This document shows, piece after piece, positions 8,740 to 17,310 of a DNA stretch of 32,000 nucleotides. Positions within the stretch are counted from its first letter, which is position 1, and each line of letters starts with the position of its first letter. Made by a program: the position numbers and the translations under genes. The DNA is from Cyanobacteria bacterium P01_D01_bin.105 (GTDB taxonomy: Bacteria; Cyanobacteriota; Cyanobacteriia; Phormidesmidales; Phormidesmidaceae): contig JBCCOO010000022.1 in the NCBI GenBank assembly GCA_039025345.1, forward strand, positions 15,790-47,789. Direction: 5' to 3'. Under the pieces are notes generated by a model. It ran no database searches. It was not told the origin of the DNA and was given only the letters and a program-made list of their open reading frames with translations.

Positions 8740-9226
8740 CGCCTCAAACTGGAAAATGAACAGTGCTGCCTAATGCAGGCTTGCCAGAGCTGCCATTAAA
8801 CAATGCTTAATTCTCACTATTATATGTTTCAAAGCGTTACATTTTGGCACTAACCTTCGTTTCTTCACCTTAAGAGGCAACAACTGAAATAGCTACGGGC
8901 CACTTTGTCTATACGTTTGAGTTAATTTCAGTTTTTTAAGATTGGGTTTAGAAGATTGACTTTTAAGCCTGTTTTTTAAGCGCTACGCACTCAATATTTG
9001 TAACTTCGCACTGGTGTTGACCATTGGCTTATATGGCAGGCGGTATCCTATCCAACACATCCATCAAGTTACATTCTGTTCTTTCATATAATTTATCGTG
9101 ATTCGCCCGCCGAATGGCCGTTGTAGGGCGTTATCATGATGATTCTTCAAAAGGGAGCTTCAGTGACGCTAGCTCTCACCGACAATCGGCCTAATTGCAG
9201 GCTCTGTAACCAGAGGAACTGAGTGA

Positions 9227-10510
9227 ATGACAAAGACCAACACCGATTTTTTACAGCAGGGCGATCCAGAAATTTCAGCTATTTTGGGCCAAGAGCTCAA
9301 TCGCCAGCAGACTCACTTAGAACTGATCGCTAGCGAGAACTTCACATCCCCTGCTGTGATGGCGGCTCAAGGCTCCGTACTCACTAACAAATATGCAGAA
9401 GGGCTGCCTAACAAACGCTATTATGGCGGGTGCGAATTCGTTGATAAGGCGGAGGCACTTGCTATTGAGCGTGTTAAGCAGCTGTTTGGTGCCGCTTATG
9501 CAAATGTGCAGCCTCACTCTGGGGCCCAGGCAAATTTTGCGGTATTTCTTGCCTTGCTTAGCCCTGGAGACACCATCTTGGGAATGGATTTGTCTCACGG
9601 CGGCCATCTAACCCATGGTTCTCCAGTGAATTTTTCAGGGAAATGGTTCAATGTTGTGCAGTATGGCGTAAGCCAAGCAACAGAACAGCTGGATTTTGAT
9701 GAAATTCGCACGATTGCGCTAGAGCACAAGCCAAAGATGATTATCTGTGGCTACTCAGCCTATCCTCGTACTATTCATTTCGATAAGTTTCGAGCGATCG
9801 CAGACGAAGTCGGTGCATACCTGATGGCAGACATCGCGCACATTGCAGGTCTTGTCGCAACGGGCCATCATCCCAATCCAATGCCACACTGCCACGTTGT
9901 CACCACCACCACCCACAAAACCCTACGCGGACCTCGTGGGGGGCTGATTATGACCAATGACGCTGATCTAGCTAAGCAGTTCAATAAAGCCGTTTTCCCA
10001 GGTAGCCAGGGCGGCCCACTAGAGCATGTTGTTGCAGCAAAAGCAGTTGCCTTTGGCGAAGCCCTCAAACCAGAATTTTCTGAGTATTCTAGTCAGGTCA
10101 TTAAAAACGCGAAGGCGCTAGCCACTCAACTGCAGGCGCGGGGTATTAAGGTTGTTTCAGATGGCACTGACAATCATCTTGTACTGGTTGATTTGCGCTC
10201 TATTCATATGACAGGCAAAATTGCAGATGCCTTAGTGAGCGAAGTCAACATCACCGCAAATAAGAACACGGTGCCGTTCGACCCTGAGTCTCCGTTTGTG
10301 ACTAGCGGTTTGCGCTTAGGAACACCTGCGATGACTACACGGGGAACGGGTGAGCTGGAGTTCGTTGAGATTGCCAATATTATTGCGGATCGACTGCTCA
10401 GCCCAGAGGACAGCTCGGTAGAGCAAAACTGTAAGCAGCGAGTGCTTGCTTTGTGCGATCGCTTTCCTTTGTATCCTCACCTGCAGGCGACAGAACCTGC
10501 ACTGGTATAA
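9227..10510 (+). CDS. glyA: Serine hydroxymethyltransferase
   Basis: 427-aa ORF with [27 protein letters not shown] and the PLP-lysine region [23 protein letters not shown] Shine-Dalgarno sequence lies 8 nt upstream of the ATG. Confidence 0.95.
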   Translation: MTKTNTDFLQQGDPEISAILGQELNRQQTHLELIASENFTSPAVMAAQGSVLTNKYAEGLPNKRYYGGCEFVDKAEALAIERVKQLFGAAYANVQPHSGAQANFAVFLALLSPGDTILGMDLSHGGHLTHGSPVNFSGKWFNVVQYGVSQATEQLDFDEIRTIALEHKPKMIICGYSAYPRTIHFDKFRAIADEVGAYLMADIAHIAGLVATGHHPNPMPHCHVVTTTTHKTLRGPRGGLIMTNDADLAKQFNKAVFPGSQGGPLEHVVAAKAVAFGEALKPEFSEYSSQVIKNAKALATQLQARGIKVVSDGTDNHLVLVDLRSIHMTGKIADALVSEVNITANKNTVPFDPESPFVTSGLRLGTPAMTTRGTGELEFVEIANIIADRLLSPEDSSVEQNCKQRVLALCDRFPLYPHLQATEPALV

Positions 10511-10576
10511 CCATAGCGGGTTTTCGAGCAGAGTCTGCGCTATACAGGTTATCTGGCAAAATCGTCGCGAAATCGT

Positions 10577-10624
10577 TACCCCATGGGCTCAACTTCCTGT
10601 ACAGGAAGTTGAGCCCATGGGGTA
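10577..10624. repeat. Perfect 48-bp palindrome (24-bp arms, centre GTAC), 67 nt downstream of glyA
   Basis: Bases 10577-10600 (TACCCCATGGGCTCAACTTCCTGT) are the exact reverse complement of 10601-10624. The palindrome explains the mirrored peptide PHGLNFLYRKLSPWG seen in ORFs on both strands. Confidence 0.9.
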
Positions 10625-11004
10625 TTCGTATAAGTAAGAGATTGTTGATATTTTTCTCAAAACAGATAGATTGTAAAGAGGTATACTGTCGCGCAGTGGC
10701 CAAAAACGCCAGTACAGCTGAGCTAGCTGGCCATGCAGCTAACACCTTGCACTCATATCTACCGCTAACATCTTTCACAAAGCTACCGTTAACCCATCTT
10801 AATTCGTTCCATCACGCCTTCGAAGTACTCTCCTCGAACAATTTCCTCAATAACTGCTGTAAAACCGTAAAGCGCCGTATTCACTTTCTGAAGGCCATTC
10901 TCTGACATCTAAATGCTTGGATAATTCTGAATATTTGGATACGGCTTTGGCGCAAGGTGTGCTTTCGTTAAGAACCTGCTCACACTACTTAACCATCCGT
11001 TCTG

Positions 11005-12069
11005 ATGACGTTTCCGTCTTATCACCTCATTGCGTTTGTCATCTCAGCCACTGTCGTCCTTGTCTCGACACCTATCGTACGCAAGATAGGGCTAGCTAGT
11101 GGGAAAGTGGATTTACCGGGTGGGCGTAAAGTGCACAGTCAGCCAATGGTGAGACTTGGCGGCGTTGCGATTTTCTGCGGCGTACTCGTTTCGTTGATGG
11201 TGGTCTGGTTTGCAGGTGGTTTTTTAGGGTCAGATGGGCTACCGCTGGATCCGGTCACGGATAACTCCATTTGGGGGGTCACGTTAGGTGGCGTTGCTTT
11301 CTTTCTAATTGGTTTGGCAGATGACCTCATAGGGCTCTCGGCAATCAGTCGATTGATTATGCAGGTGATTGTGGCATCTCTTGCTTGGTATGTCGGCGTG
11401 GACATTGCCTTTTTGAGCTTGCCACTGGTAGAGACTGGCATTATTCAGTTGCCTAACTGGCTGAGTTTAATTGTGACAGTGTTTTGGCTCGTGGGTATGG
11501 CCAACGCAATTAACTGGATAGATGGACTAGATGGCTTAGCTGCAGGTGTTGCCGGTATCGCTGCGGTGGTCATGACAGTTGTAAGTTTGTATATGCAGCA
11601 ACCTGCAGCTGCGCTGATTGCCGCTGCACTTGCAGGTGGCTCCCTTAGCTTTTTGCGCTATAACTTTAATCCTGCGCAGATATTCATGGGAGATGGCGGC
11701 GCGTATTTTATCGGCTACACCTTAGCAGGGGTCGGCATTATCGGCTTGGTCAAGGGCGTTACGACCGTCGCAGTACTGTTACCTTCTCTAACCTTGGCTA
11801 TTCCAATTTTAGATATGTCGGCAGTTATTTTGCTTCGATTGCGTCAAGGGCTATCTCCATTCGTTGCCGATAAGCGTCACTTGCATCATCGACTACTTAA
11901 AGCTGGTTTTTCGCATCGGTTCACGGTGCTGTTTATCTATGTGCTGGCGCTTTGGGTTGGCAGCTTAGCGATGGCAGTTTCAGGCCTGCGTGTGGGTGTG
12001 CCGTTTATGTTTGCATCGACAGCGTTGCTAAGCTACACCGGATGGCGAGCGCTACGTCATGCGAGATAA
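11005..12069 (+). CDS. Glycosyltransferase family 4 polyprenyl-phosphate N-acetylhexosamine-1-phosphate transferase (MraY/WecA family)
   Basis: 354-aa polytopic ORF with ADDLIGL, NAINWIDGLDGLA and MGDGGAYFIGY motifs. Confidence 0.8.
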   Translation: MTFPSYHLIAFVISATVVLVSTPIVRKIGLASGKVDLPGGRKVHSQPMVRLGGVAIFCGVLVSLMVVWFAGGFLGSDGLPLDPVTDNSIWGVTLGGVAFFLIGLADDLIGLSAISRLIMQVIVASLAWYVGVDIAFLSLPLVETGIIQLPNWLSLIVTVFWLVGMANAINWIDGLDGLAAGVAGIAAVVMTVVSLYMQQPAAALIAAALAGGSLSFLRYNFNPAQIFMGDGGAYFIGYTLAGVGIIGLVKGVTTVAVLLPSLTLAIPILDMSAVILLRLRQGLSPFVADKRHLHHRLLKAGFSHRFTVLFIYVLALWVGSLAMAVSGLRVGVPFMFASTALLSYTGWRALRHAR

Positions 12070-12160
12070 ACGCCATGACTAGAACCGCCATGACTAGAAC
12101 ATAGACATCAAGCTAAGCACAAACCAAAACAATAATTCAGAGAAAACCAACAATAGCCTT

Positions 12161-13450
12161 GTGGATAATAATAAGAGGGCCGAGATTATCTGTGTAGGCA
12201 CAGAACTGCTGCTCGGCGATATTTTAAATGGAAATGCACAGTATCTGGCACAGCAATTAGCGAGCTTAGGCATTACTCACCATTACCAAACAGTCGTGGG
12301 AGATAATCCTTTACGCATTCAGCGGGCAGTTGAGATCGCTTGTGAACGTGCTCGGCTCATCATCTTTACAGGCGGACTTGGCCCAACGCCAGACGATCTC
12401 ACCATGGCTACTTTGGCGGATTTCTTCGATACGCCAATGGCCGAGCATCCTGAAGTAATCGCTGACTTGGAAACAAAGTTTGCTCGCCGAGGATACGTCT
12501 TAAAGGCCACCAGTCGTCGTCAGGCACTGCTTCCTGTAGGTTCAGATGTTTTGCCTAATCCAGTTGGAACCGCACCAGGGGTCATTTGGCAACCCAGACC
12601 AGAACTACTGGTAATGACGTTTCCTGGTGTGCCTAGTGAAATGAAGTCGATGTGGCAAGAGACTGCTGTGCCGTATCTGCAAGAGCACGGTTGGGTAGAT
12701 GGCGTGATTCACAGTCAAACACTGAAGTTTTTCGGCATTGGGGAAGAAGTACTGGCCACTCAGGTAGGGACCTATCTTGAGCAGGCAAATCCGACGGTTG
12801 CTCCCTACGCAGGGGAAGGAGAGGTGAAGCTAAGGGTTTCAGCACGAGCAAACTCTGTAGAAGCAGCCAATACCCTAATAGAGCCGGTAGTGACAGAAAT
12901 TAAGCAGATAGGTGGTACGTTCTATTTTGGGCAGAACGAAGAGACGCTAGCGAGTGTGGTAGGCCAGCTTTTACAGGCAAAGTCTCAGACGTTGAGCGTT
13001 GCTGAATCTTGTACCGGTGGCGGACTGGGTCAGATGATTACGGCAACCCCGGGCAGCTCTAGCTACTTTTGGGGCGGGGTGATTTCTTATGCTAATTGCG
13101 CAAAGCAAGCAATATTAGGTGTCGATGAAGCAGTGCTAGCCAGCAAAGGGGCTGTGAGCGCAGAGGTGGCAGCGATGATGGCCGAAGGCGTGCGCAATTG
13201 CTTAGGGACAAACTATGGCCTGAGTATCACGGGTATCGCAGGCCCAGGTGGAGGCAGCGATGAGAAGCCAGTCGGGTTGGTATATCTTGGCCTAGCCTCT
13301 ACAGAGGGCACAACGACTTATAAAAAGATGTTTGGCGCAGATCGAAGCCGCTCACATATCCGGCGGCAAAGCACTTTGCACGCGCTCAACATCTTAAGGC
13401 TTAAATTGTCTGAGTTCCCTGACGGAACGATCGGCGTAGATCGGCGTTAA
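12161..13450 (+). CDS. cinA: CinA family protein (N-terminal MoCF-biosynthesis-like domain plus C-terminal nicotinamide-nucleotide amidase PncC domain)
   Basis: 429-aa ORF with a GTG start. It has AEIICVGTELLLGDILNGNAQYLA at the N-terminus and LSVAESCTGGGLG ... GLSITGIAGPGGG in the C-terminal domain. Confidence 0.85.
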   Translation: MDNNKRAEIICVGTELLLGDILNGNAQYLAQQLASLGITHHYQTVVGDNPLRIQRAVEIACERARLIIFTGGLGPTPDDLTMATLADFFDTPMAEHPEVIADLETKFARRGYVLKATSRRQALLPVGSDVLPNPVGTAPGVIWQPRPELLVMTFPGVPSEMKSMWQETAVPYLQEHGWVDGVIHSQTLKFFGIGEEVLATQVGTYLEQANPTVAPYAGEGEVKLRVSARANSVEAANTLIEPVVTEIKQIGGTFYFGQNEETLASVVGQLLQAKSQTLSVAESCTGGGLGQMITATPGSSSYFWGGVISYANCAKQAILGVDEAVLASKGAVSAEVAAMMAEGVRNCLGTNYGLSITGIAGPGGGSDEKPVGLVYLGLASTEGTTTYKKMFGADRSRSHIRRQSTLHALNILRLKLSEFPDGTIGVDRR

Positions 13451-13777
13451 TCCTAGCTTTTTCTCAAGTACCTTCAGGTATATTCTGAGTTGCAACATAC
13501 GTCCACAGCGGACATCCCGTCACGTAAAAACGCGAGCTGCCTTCATCTAAAGAAATACAGGAGATTGTGTAAATTCTCCCAAGTCACCTTGATCATTACT
13601 CTCAATTGGTTATCATAGATAAACATACCAGCACATTTTCCAAGCTTTTACTGAAGGCGCTTTAGTGTGTAGATAAGTGTGTAGATAACTTTCCTAATGC
13701 GATAGTGGATACAAAGGCATCCGCGACTGCTCGAACAGGAAGCTGTTGCAATAAGATGAGAGGGAGCGAGCTAGCTC

Positions 13778-13912
13778 ATGGATCATATCGAAAAGGCTCT
13801 AGAGAAGCTCAAGGACTGGATTGATAAGGTGGTAGATGCCTTGTTTGGCCCACAGGTTCAGCCAGAGCGTGAGCCTATTCCTATTCCGGTAGATGACCGT
13901 CGTCGCCGCTAA
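13778..13912 (+). CDS. Unannotated small ORF, 44 aa (MDHIEKALEKLKDWIDKVVDALFGPQVQPEREPIPIPVDDRRRR), hypothetical small protein
   Basis: ATG at 13778 is preceded by a GAGGGAG Shine-Dalgarno sequence about 10 nt upstream. The peptide has an amphipathic helical N-half and a Pro-rich, Arg-terminated tail. It is co-oriented with the downstream aroQ-miaE cluster and lies below the 60-aa cutoff of the supplied ORF track. Confidence 0.4.
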   Translation: MDHIEKALEKLKDWIDKVVDALFGPQVQPEREPIPIPVDDRRRR

Positions 13913-14042
13913 CTGAGCAATATAGGAATAGATTGAGCTGGCAGGTAGGGTAGAGTTCTTTTGACTCACGCTTACCGAGCGGTTAGATGGCCAATAGTTG
14001 CATAGTAAGCTAGGTGGACAGGCAAGTAGCTGCTTCAAACTT

Positions 14043-14495
14043 ATGCTTAAAGTACTGGTTATCAATGGACCTAACCTGAATATGCTAGGCAAGCGAGAGC
14101 CTGAGGTATATGGCTCGCAGACACTGGAAGACATAAACCAATCGCTTGCATCCATTGCGCAAAAGCTAGATGCTTCTCTAACTTTCTTTCAATCAAATCA
14201 TGAAGGTACCCTGGTGGACAAGATTCAAGATGCCTTGAGTCTCTACCAGGGTATTTTGATCAACCCTGGAGCATATACGCATACCAGCGTAGCCATTCGA
14301 GATGCCATAGCAGCTGTAGCGATTCCGACCGTAGAGGTGCACCTCAGCAACATTCATAAGCGAGAAGCGTTTCGTCACCACTCGTACATCGCGCCTGTAG
14401 CCGTGGGTCAAATTAGCGGCTTTGGCGCGGATAGCTATCGAATCGGGCTAGAGGGCTTGGTAAGCTATATTCGAAAACGTTCACCCAATGACTGA
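14043..14495 (+). CDS. aroQ: Type II 3-dehydroquinate dehydratase
   Basis: Starting at internal Met16 (ATG 14043) gives [24 protein letters not shown], the canonical N-terminus, and about 150 aa. The motifs [16 protein letters not shown] and [17 protein letters not shown] are present. The ORF-track start at 13998 is probably too far upstream. Confidence 0.9.
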   Translation: MLKVLVINGPNLNMLGKREPEVYGSQTLEDINQSLASIAQKLDASLTFFQSNHEGTLVDKIQDALSLYQGILINPGAYTHTSVAIRDAIAAVAIPTVEVHLSNIHKREAFRHHSYIAPVAVGQISGFGADSYRIGLEGLVSYIRKRSPND

Positions 14496-14598
14496 TTCAC
14501 CCTAGCCTGATTGGTTACTCCCAGCTTGCTCGTTTCCTCAGTGCTATTTTTTAGCAATGCCAAGATCCTGACATCTCGCAATTAAGGCATCTAACAAC

Positions 14599-15219
14599 AT
14601 GGTCTCTTCCGTTGCAGATCGATCGACTACGGCTCGATCCACTATCAAGTTCCTAAAAACGCCAACTTCTGAGGCTTGGGTAGAACAAGCATTGGCGGAT
14701 ATGGATACGATTTTGCTCGATCATGCGCAGTGTGAGCGCAAAGCAGCGGGCACGGCAATCCAAATGATGTCGCGCTACCCATCAAGCGACCGTTTGGTAA
14801 GAGAACTGACTGCGATTGCCCAAGAAGAACTCAGTCACTACGAACAGGTCAACCAGTGGCTCGATAAACGCGGGATACCGCTGCAACCTGTGACGCCACC
14901 GCCTTACGGTGCGAGCCTAAAAAAATTAGTCCGTAGGCAAGAGCCTGAGCGAATGCTGGATTTACTGCTGGTTTCTGCGCTGATAGAAGCGAGAAGTCAT
15001 GAACGCTTAGGCCTCTTAGCACAGCATTGTTCTGATGCTCCGCTCGCTAAGTTTTATCGATCTTTAATGGCCTCAGAAGCACGACACTATGGCAGCTATT
15101 GGCTGCTAGCGACTGAGTATTTTGATGCAGATCTGGTGAAGGAACGACTGGCTGAGTTGGCTGAGCAAGAAAGTGGAATTTTGAGCGTGCTACATCCTGA
15201 ACCTAGGGTTCACAGCTAA
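14599..15219 (+). CDS. miaE: tRNA-(ms2io6A37) hydroxylase MiaE family (ferritin-like di-iron protein)
   Basis: 206-aa ORF with LLDHAQCERKAAGTA, ELSHYEQV, LIEARSHERL and SEARHY. These are paired E..H di-iron ligand motifs in MiaE-like spacing. Confidence 0.7.
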   Translation: MVSSVADRSTTARSTIKFLKTPTSEAWVEQALADMDTILLDHAQCERKAAGTAIQMMSRYPSSDRLVRELTAIAQEELSHYEQVNQWLDKRGIPLQPVTPPPYGASLKKLVRRQEPERMLDLLLVSALIEARSHERLGLLAQHCSDAPLAKFYRSLMASEARHYGSYWLLATEYFDADLVKERLAELAEQESGILSVLHPEPRVHS

Positions 15220-15274
15220 GCGCGCGTATTGTCGAGCGTATTGTCTTTGAGAAAAGGGATTCAGATAAAGGAGA

Positions 15275-15796
15275 ATGCAGCATACTTTCAAAGATTTTTT
15301 AATTCGAGATTGGTCAGAGAGTGATCGCACGGCTGCGGCCAATGTAATTAAGACTGTTTTAGAAGAGTACGGCTTAGGCTGGGAAGCAGGCGCTAGCTGC
15401 TGTGGTGGCGCAGACCAAGATGCGGTTGAAATCGAAAAATATTACCTAGAAACAGGTGGCGAGTTTTGGGTAGTGGAATGCGATGGTCAAATTGTCGGGA
15501 CAGGTGGCTATCATCCAATTGAACGGGGACAGCAGGCTGTAGAGATTCGAAAAATGTATTTGCTGCCGGTAGCGCGTGGATACGGTCTGGGGCGTTATCT
15601 CCTTGCTCAGTTAGAACAGGCGGCGGCTAGTAGCGGATTTTTTCAGGTTTGGGTAGAGACTGCCACTGTCCTGAAAGAAGCGGTGAAGCTATACGAACGC
15701 AACGGGTATAAACCGATGAGTGGTGTTGAGACTGATCGCTGCGATAAGGTCTATTGCAAAACCATCGGTAGGGCGGATGCGCCAATGCATGAGTAG
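15275..15796 (+). CDS. GNAT family N-acetyltransferase
   Basis: 173-aa ORF with acetyl-CoA motif A, VEIRKMYLLPVARGYGLGRYLL, and a C-terminal YERNGY. Confidence 0.8.
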   Translation: MQHTFKDFLIRDWSESDRTAAANVIKTVLEEYGLGWEAGASCCGGADQDAVEIEKYYLETGGEFWVVECDGQIVGTGGYHPIERGQQAVEIRKMYLLPVARGYGLGRYLLAQLEQAAASSGFFQVWVETATVLKEAVKLYERNGYKPMSGVETDRCDKVYCKTIGRADAPMHE

Positions 15797-15822
15797 AAGA
15801 CTTAAACGCGAGGAAATCTAGC

Positions 15823-16416
15823 TTGAAGCCCATCAACGCAGCCCCTACAAAAAACTTTTTTGTCGATATGCTCACACGAGACATCGATCTCAAAGATGCC
15901 ATTCTCGACTTACTAGACAACTGTGTGGATGGCATTCAGCGAACGCTGCGAGATGAGGAAGACAATGAGGCAAACCCAGATCTTCCCTACGAAGGCTTTT
16001 GGGCCGATATTGAACTTTCAGAAACCTGCTTCCAAATATCGGATAACTGCGGAAGAATCCCGTTGGATGTGGCCCGGCGCTACGCTTTTCGTATGGGGAA
16101 ACCCAAAGGAATTAACGACGATGATGATATCGCGACTATCGGCACCTACGGCATTGGCATGAAGCGGGCCATTTTTAAGATGGGACAGTCAGCACAGGTG
16201 CGATCGCAAACCGCAAAAGATGCGTTTCAGGTATCGATTCAGCCAGGCTGGCTAGCGAGCGATCAGAGCTGGAATCTGCCGATAGAGATGACGGATGATT
16301 TTTTAGAGGCCCCAGGGACGATTGTAGAAGTGCAATCACTCAAATCAGAAATCGCAACGCAGCTCGGCTCAAAATCATTTCAAGCTGACCTATCTAGAGA
16401 AATTGAAGCGCTGTAA
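15823..16416 (+). CDS. N-terminal fragment: GHKL ATP-binding domain (HATPase_c_3-like)
   Basis: N-box ILDLLDNCVDG, a degenerate G1 box SDNCGRIP and G2 box GTYGIGMKRAIF. The fragment is 197 aa and ends at the TAA. Confidence 0.6.
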   Translation: MKPINAAPTKNFFVDMLTRDIDLKDAILDLLDNCVDGIQRTLRDEEDNEANPDLPYEGFWADIELSETCFQISDNCGRIPLDVARRYAFRMGKPKGINDDDDIATIGTYGIGMKRAIFKMGQSAQVRSQTAKDAFQVSIQPGWLASDQSWNLPIEMTDDFLEAPGTIVEVQSLKSEIATQLGSKSFQADLSREIEAL

Positions 16417-16425
16417 AGCTACATT

Positions 16426-17310
16426 ATGGCGAAAGGCTTAGAAATCACTGTGAATGGCAAGCCTGTCAGGGCTAAGCCAGTTGTGCTCCAGTGGGAAGGC
16501 GTGAAGAAATTAACCAAGCAAGATACTGAGGCGATCACCCCCTACCTCTATGAAGGCTATGAAGAAGACGTCGAAGTCACGATCGCAGTGGGTTTTCATC
16601 GCAGGCAGCCTTCTGCAAACGAAGTTGAGAATGCAGAAAGTCCTAAGCGTCGCACCCGAGACACGGCTGGGTGGACGATTGTTTGCAATGACCGAGTTGT
16701 GGTTGCAAACGACAAAACGATTTTGACGGGTTGGGGAGAATCAGGCATCCCCCGATATCATACCCAGTATATTGCTATCTCGGGCATCGTAAACTTTAGA
16801 AGCAATGATGCAAGAAGGCTGCCGCTGACAACGACAAAGCGCGGCATTGATGCTTCTTCAGAGCTGTATTTGCACGTGAAAGAGCGCATGCGAGAAGGGC
16901 TACGACTCTTTACGACCTATACCAACAAGTGGAAGCATATTCCCAAAGAGGAGCGCGCGCGGACACAACAGGCCAAAGCACAGTCACCCTCAATGATGTT
17001 TGAGCGAGTGAAGAAAGTTGACGATGGTCAGTTTTCGACGGCCAAAGGGAAAAAAATAGGCGGACAATCGAGCCAGTCGTCTGTGTGGACAGCTGTGAAA
17101 GACAAAAAGCTCACTGTCGAGCAGCGCTTCATTCCTAACTTGCCAACACCGCCTGCGATCGCTCAACGCAACCGCATTAGCTTCAATAAGCCAGTAGCAG
17201 AAGTGAGAACCATCGCAGAATACCTGTTTGGGGATCCAGAATGTCCGGCTACGACGGTGGGTGAAGCCTGCTTTGAAGAAGTTTTGAATCAAGCCCAAGA
17301 TGCCGAATGA
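16426..17310 (+). CDS. C-terminal fragment: second (S5-fold/transducer-like) domain plus a basic tail of the GHKL ATPase
   Basis: 294 aa. It continues the family pattern (KGLEITVNGKPV, GWTIVCNDRVV, LPLTTTKRGID with a candidate transducer lysine). I saw no nuclease motif. Confidence 0.55.
   Translation: MAKGLEITVNGKPVRAKPVVLQWEGVKKLTKQDTEAITPYLYEGYEEDVEVTIAVGFHRRQPSANEVENAESPKRRTRDTAGWTIVCNDRVVVANDKTILTGWGESGIPRYHTQYIAISGIVNFRSNDARRLPLTTTKRGIDASSELYLHVKERMREGLRLFTTYTNKWKHIPKEERARTQQAKAQSPSMMFERVKKVDDGQFSTAKGKKIGGQSSQSSVWTAVKDKKLTVEQRFIPNLPTPPAIAQRNRISFNKPVAEVRTIAEYLFGDPECPATTVGEACFEEVLNQAQDAE

Larger units (their letters stand above)
15823..17310 (+). pseudogene. MutL/MORC-like GHKL (Bergerat-fold) ATPase reading frame interrupted by one in-frame TAA (16414-16416). 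It is either a pseudogene or a split gene.
   Basis: ORFs 15823-16416 and 16426-17310 are in the same frame (offset 603 = 3 x 201) and are separated only by TAA plus 3 sense codons. The TTG start at 15823 has an AGGA Shine-Dalgarno sequence 8 nt upstream. An uninterrupted frame would encode about 495 aa. Confidence 0.65.

Noticed and set aside
8740-9226. Riboswitch (ZTP/pfl, THF or glycine) in the glyA leader, and a 28-codon uORF (9136-9222) ending 4 nt before the glyA ATG
   Set aside because: I could not find the conserved cores, such as CCGCCUGGGCA of the ZTP element. The uORF has no Shine-Dalgarno sequence and an unremarkable sequence, so it is likely fortuitous.
10398-10905. ORFs 10398-10778 (-), 10446-10637 (+) and 10453-10905 (+) downstream of glyA
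   Set aside because: Both strands encode the same peptide, PHGLNFLYRKLSPWG, only because they read through the 48-bp perfect palindrome. They have no motifs and overlap the glyA 3' end, so they are artefacts of DNA symmetry.
13799-14155. 118-aa minus-strand ORF
   Set aside because: It lies antisense to both the 44-codon ORF with a Shine-Dalgarno sequence and the 5' end of aroQ, and its sequence is low-complexity and Ser/Leu-rich.
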